From: Treponemataceae bacterium
Lineage (GTDB): Bacteria; Spirochaetota; Spirochaetia; Treponematales; Rectinemataceae
Reading direction: 5' to 3'
Length of the DNA: 11,015 nt
NCBI GenBank assembly: GCA_963677895.2
Contig: CAXXGJ010000005.1
Coordinates: 1-11,015 of the forward strand
How positions within the stretch are numbered: the first letter of the stretch is position 1; the number at the start of each line of letters is the position of its first letter. The notes beneath the pieces are model-generated. The model had not been told where the DNA came from, did no database searches, and was given only the letters and a program-made list of their open reading frames with translations. Shown here piece by piece: positions 7,662 through 11,015 of the stretch. The position numbers and the translations under genes are program-made.

Positions 7662-7689
7662 ATTTTACACCAATCCAAAAAACGCGCAA
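7662..7689 (-). promoter_or_regulatory. Putative sigma70 promoter driving the array (Pc-like)
   Basis: Minus strand TTGCGC (7689-7684), 16-bp spacer, TAAAAT (7667-7662), pointing through the core site into the first cassette. Confidence 0.45.
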
Positions 7690-7785
7690 GCCACAATTCC
7701 TGTTTTAAAAAGAAAATATCACGACTTGCTTAATCAAGACTTATGTTATACGACAGGATTAACACTTTTATTCGCACTCCATGAA

Positions 7786-7794
7786 TGCTATATT
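7786..7794 (+). promoter_or_regulatory. Extended -10 promoter (TGcTATATT) of the DUF72 gene
   Basis: TG-c-TATATT ends 8 nt before ATG 7803, and there is no Shine-Dalgarno in between. Confidence 0.4.
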
Positions 7795-7802
7795 CTTAAT
7801 AT

Positions 7803-8630
7803 ATGCCCCTCTACATCGGCACCTGTTCCTGGAACTACGACTCCTGGGTTGGGCTGGTGTATGACCAGCCTGAATCGCGGTCCGTCGACTACCTCGCCGC
7901 GTACGCGAAGCGATACAGGACGGTCGAAGTCGATTCCTGGTTCTACAAGATTCCGACCATGAGGGAAGTTGAGGAGTACGCGGCCGTCGTCGATTCAGGC
8001 TTCAGCTTCGTCGTCAAGGCGCCTCAGGACATCACGCTTACGCATAAGCGGGGCGACATAGAGCCGAATCCTGCCTTCCTTTCGCCCAAGCTCTTCGGAC
8101 ATTTCCTCGAAAGGCTCTCGCCGATAAAAGGTCAGATCGGCGCCATCATCCTCGAATTCGAGTACCTGAACCGCCAGAAGATGGCTGGCCAGAAGGCCTT
8201 CATCGATGCGTTGCGCGCCTTCCTCGATCGCGTGCCCAGGTATATTCCCATCGCTGTGGAGCCGCGGAACGGGCCTTACCTCGACGAAGCCTGATTCTCC
8301 TTCCTGGCTGAAGCCAAGGTCTCCCATGTCTTCTCGGAAAAGCAGTTCATGCCGCCCATCGTCGAACTGTGCGCGCGCTACTCAAGACTTCTCAACGATC
8401 TCGTCATCATCCGCCTGCTCGGCGACGACCGGAAAAAGATAGAGGAAGCCTCGGGAGGACGTTGGGACAGGATCATCGATCCGAAGCCCGAGCTTCCCCT
8501 CATAGCGGCCATGGTTTCGGACCTGGTCGCGTCGGGGCGCGAGGTCAGAGTCGACGTCAACAATCATTATGAGGGTTCGGCGCCGGAAAGCATCGAAAGG
8601 TTGAAAGGTTTTCTCCTTTCTCCGTTGTGA
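7803..8630 (+). pseudogene. DUF72 (YecE-like) protein interrupted by one in-frame TGA at 8292-8294
   Basis: Motifs YIGTCSWNYDSWVGLVY, TVEVDSWFY, FVVKAPQDIT, AVEPRN, IIRLLG, VNNHYEGSAP. ORFs 7803..8294 and 8349..8630 share a frame, and the intervening codons read DEA*FSFLAEAKVSHVFSEKQF without another stop. Confidence 0.8.
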
Positions 8631-8666
8631 AATCTCCCTGCGTGGATAATACTATTAAGAACGAGA

Positions 8667-8690
8667 GCATTCATCGTCTACGATGTATGC
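8667..8690. promoter_or_regulatory. Intergenic inverted repeat upstream of the serine hydrolase gene
   Basis: GCATTCATCGT-CT-ACGATGTATGC, 10 of 11 pairs, no U-tract, ending 14 nt before the AGGAGA Shine-Dalgarno. Confidence 0.35.
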
Positions 8691-8717
8691 CGCTCAAATA
8701 AACCAGGAGACACCAGG

Positions 8718-11015
8718 GTGAAAGCGAACTGTTCACATTCACAGGCACGTTATGCGATCATTATCGCGCTTCTGTTGCTCATCGGCGGCTTGTTGCCGGC
8801 GACGGCCGAGCCGGGCGCCCTCCTTGCGTCATCATTCACGCCACGTCAGCTTGCCTCCATAGCCAAGGAAGCGAGCGAAGCGGTTGAGCAAGCCCTGCAA
8901 GCCACGGGAGCCTCAGCGGCTAGCGTCGCCCTGGGCGACGGAGGCGGCACGGTATGGTCCGCTCAATTTGGATTGGCCGACAAGGAAGCGAAGAAGGCGC
9001 CTGAGCCGGAGACGATGTTCGGCATAGGTTCCACAAGCAAGATGTTCGCGACCGCCGCGGCCATGATACTTGTGGACAGAGGCCTGATCGGGCTGGATAT
9101 GCCCCTCGTCGCCTATCTGCCCGAGTTCCGCATGGCGACGCCGGGCTACGAAAAAATAACCGTGCGCATGCTGCTCAACCATTCCGCGGGATTCCCGGGA
9201 ACGGACTACCGCAACGCGATGACGCGCGCCCCGATTCAGGGCTATGCCGATCAGGTTCAGGCGACCCTCGCCGAATCAAGGCTGAAACACGAGCCGGGAT
9301 GGATGAACGTCTACGCCAATGACGGCTTTACCATGGTGGAACTTCTTGTCAAGAAAATGACGGGCCTCGATTATCCCGCCTTCATCGAAAAGGAAATTCT
9401 TTCGCCCTTGGGAATGAACCATTCGCTCTACCCGCTCGCCTCCTTCCGCGAAGGAAGCTTCGCCAGGCCCTATGCCGGGGAACAGCCCCTCCAGCAGGAG
9501 TACGTGGGACCCTTGGCCTCGGGCGGGCTCTACTCCACTCCTTCCGATCTCACGCGTTTCGCGGCGATGTTTATCGGGAAGGGCAGTCTGCGGGAGAAGC
9601 GGATTCTCTCTCCTGAATCCGTAGCCGCCATGGCTCTGGACCAGACCGCGGGGAGATTCAGTCCCTTGCCCAGCGGCTATTTCCGCAATGGTCTTGGATG
9701 GGACACCGTCGATCATGAAGGAATGGCGGCCTTCGGGATCAAGGCTTGGCAGAAGGGCGGCGACACCAATTCCTACGGCTCGACCCTCATCGTCCTGCCG
9801 GAAGAAGGCCTCTCGGTAGCGGTGACCGGCGCCTCGGGCCTGCATTCAGACAGCGCGAACGCGATCGCCGAAATAGTATTGGCTCGCGCCCTCGTGGAAA
9901 AAGGCAGGCTCGCGGCCATGCCGGTCGCGGTTCCGGCGGCAGCCCTGCAGACGGCGGCTGTTCCCTCCGAATTTCTCCAGAACATGTCAGGCGTCTACGC
10001 TTCCTTCAACGCAGTCAACAAAATCGAACTCCGTGCCGACGGCAGCCTTTCATTGTATTCATACAAGAATGACGCGTGGGTGCTGGCCCTTCAGGGGATG
10101 AGCTATCGCGATGACGGATGGTTCAGCTCCAGCGATGCCGGCGCTCCTCCTGTCGACGTTACCAGGATCGTGGCGGATGGCCGCGATTACCTGGCGATCC
10201 GCATTCCGAGCGCGCATGGGTGGTATCGATCGGCCATGCCGTTCGCGCAAAAAATCGCCCCGCAGCCTCCTCTTTCTCCCGCGTGGCAAAAACGAATGGG
10301 CAAGACATGGCTTCCCGTAAATTACGCGGCCGAAGACGATTACCTCGCCAAGGGCGCTGACCCCAGGATCTGGCTTAAGACGATAGAAGGCGCCGAAGGG
10401 TATGTATTCTCCCGCGGTCCCGATGGCTGGATGGCGACGATACCCGCGACCGGAAACGGGGATTATGAATCCCGCTCATTCATTCTCATCCCGCAAATAA
10501 ATGGCAGGGATTTATACGACGTGAAGGTCATCCAGCGGGACGGAGAGGAATGGCTTCGCGAAACGAGCACTCTGTATCGGCCCCTCGATTCCGTGCCCGC
10601 GCTGAGTCTCGGCGAGAGTCGCGTAACGACAGGCCCCGAAGGTTATGCGGAATGGCGTCGCCTGCCTGCCGAAGCCCAATTCACCGTGACCGGGGCGAAA
10701 ACCTTCAAATTCTACGACGCGGATTTCGCGCAGCAGAATTCTGATTCCCTCACGACGGGCGCAGGCGGCGGGTATCTGGCCGTTTTCGGCGTCCCGGGCG
10801 GCAGCGCGCGAATTTCGGTGCGCTCCATCTCGAAATCTCAGGCTGCGATTTCCGTCCCCTTCTCCCCCGAGCAGCAGGCGCGGATAGCCGAGGCCGGGCG
10901 CAAGGCCGCCGAGTCTGTCATGGAATCCTCGGGCGGATCAGCCCTGACCGCCGCTCTTGTCGATGAAAGCGGGCTCGTCTGGGCCGGGCAGTTCGGGTTG
11001 GCCGACAAGGCGACC
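8718..11015 (+). CDS. Secreted serine hydrolase of the beta-lactamase class C / AmpC-like family, multi-domain, 3'-truncated (>766 aa)
   Basis: Absent from the ORF track; translated by hand. AGGAGA at 8705-8710, GTG at 8718, signal-peptide-like MKANCSHSQARYAIIIALLLLIGGLLPATA. SxxK = STSK (9030-9041), LLNHSAG, YxN = YAN (9312-9320), ASGGLYST, GLGW, KGG (9753-9761). No stop before the window end. Confidence 0.9.
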   Translation, partial: MKANCSHSQARYAIIIALLLLIGGLLPATAEPGALLASSFTPRQLASIAKEASEAVEQALQATGASAASVALGDGGGTVWSAQFGLADKEAKKAPEPETMFGIGSTSKMFATAAAMILVDRGLIGLDMPLVAYLPEFRMATPGYEKITVRMLLNHSAGFPGTDYRNAMTRAPIQGYADQVQATLAESRLKHEPGWMNVYANDGFTMVELLVKKMTGLDYPAFIEKEILSPLGMNHSLYPLASFREGSFARPYAGEQPLQQEYVGPLASGGLYSTPSDLTRFAAMFIGKGSLREKRILSPESVAAMALDQTAGRFSPLPSGYFRNGLGWDTVDHEGMAAFGIKAWQKGGDTNSYGSTLIVLPEEGLSVAVTGASGLHSDSANAIAEIVLARALVEKGRLAAMPVAVPAAALQTAAVPSEFLQNMSGVYASFNAVNKIELRADGSLSLYSYKNDAWVLALQGMSYRDDGWFSSSDAGAPPVDVTRIVADGRDYLAIRIPSAHGWYRSAMPFAQKIAPQPPLSPAWQKRMGKTWLPVNYAAEDDYLAKGADPRIWLKTIEGAEGYVFSRGPDGWMATIPATGNGDYESRSFILIPQINGRDLYDVKVIQRDGEEWLRETSTLYRPLDSVPALSLGESRVTTGPEGYAEWRRLPAEAQFTVTGAKTFKFYDADFAQQNSDSLTTGAGGGYLAVFGVPGGSARISVRSISKSQAAISVPFSPEQQARIAEAGRKAAESVMESSGGSALTAALVDESGLVWAGQFGLADKAT

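Larger units (their letters stand above)
1845..7800 (-). mobile_element. AT-rich island: integron-type gene cassette array without integrase in the window (attI-like site, two cassettes, degenerate attC-like sites)
   Basis: Abrupt composition shift (spot counts: 43/60 GC at 61-120 versus 15/60 GC at 5581-5640). Co-oriented genes, each preceded by a 7-bp core plus CGATGCTTCGCGC and each followed from its stop codon by a related imperfect inverted repeat. Boundaries are approximate. Confidence 0.7.

Noticed and set aside
7643..7751. GTATAAC...GTTATAC pair as a third attC
   Set aside because: The outer 7-mers are complementary, but the interior shows no L-box pairing and no similarity to the other two sites.
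1837..7802. Transposon, prophage or CRISPR explanation for the island
   Set aside because: No transposase, integrase, phage gene, terminal inverted repeats, target-site duplication or regularly spaced repeats were seen.
8349..8630. 93-aa ORF as an independent gene
   Set aside because: It is the in-frame C-terminal part of DUF72 and has no convincing Shine-Dalgarno.
7803..8630. Alternative genetic code (TGA as Trp or Gly)
   Set aside because: TGA ends three genes in this window at family-appropriate C-termini, and Trp is encoded by TGG in the frames I translated.
8913..10744. All ORF-track entries in the right-hand 2 kb
   Set aside because: Shadows of the uninterrupted serine hydrolase frame that starts at 8718 and runs off the window.

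Overview
GC-rich bacterial backbone interrupted by a strongly AT-rich ~6 kb island (~1845-7800). The backbone carries a 5'-truncated M20 Zn amidohydrolase, a YgjP/DUF45-like HExxH protein, a DUF72 gene broken by one in-frame TGA, and a 3'-truncated secreted serine hydrolase with a tandem domain duplication that the ORF track missed. The island holds two co-oriented minus-strand genes: a 477-aa protein with a C-terminal PD-(D/E)xK nuclease motif and a 1262-aa membrane-anchored KAP/YobI-like P-loop NTPase. Its intergenic DNA reads as an integron cassette array with no integrase in the window. There is a promoter plus a perfect GTTRRRY core (attI-like), an identical 13-bp leader beside the core site of each gene, and two related but degenerate attC-like hairpins that start at each stop codon. 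Best interpretation (inference): an immobilised two-cassette array carrying candidate anti-phage genes. All family calls come from motif recognition by eye; no database search was run.
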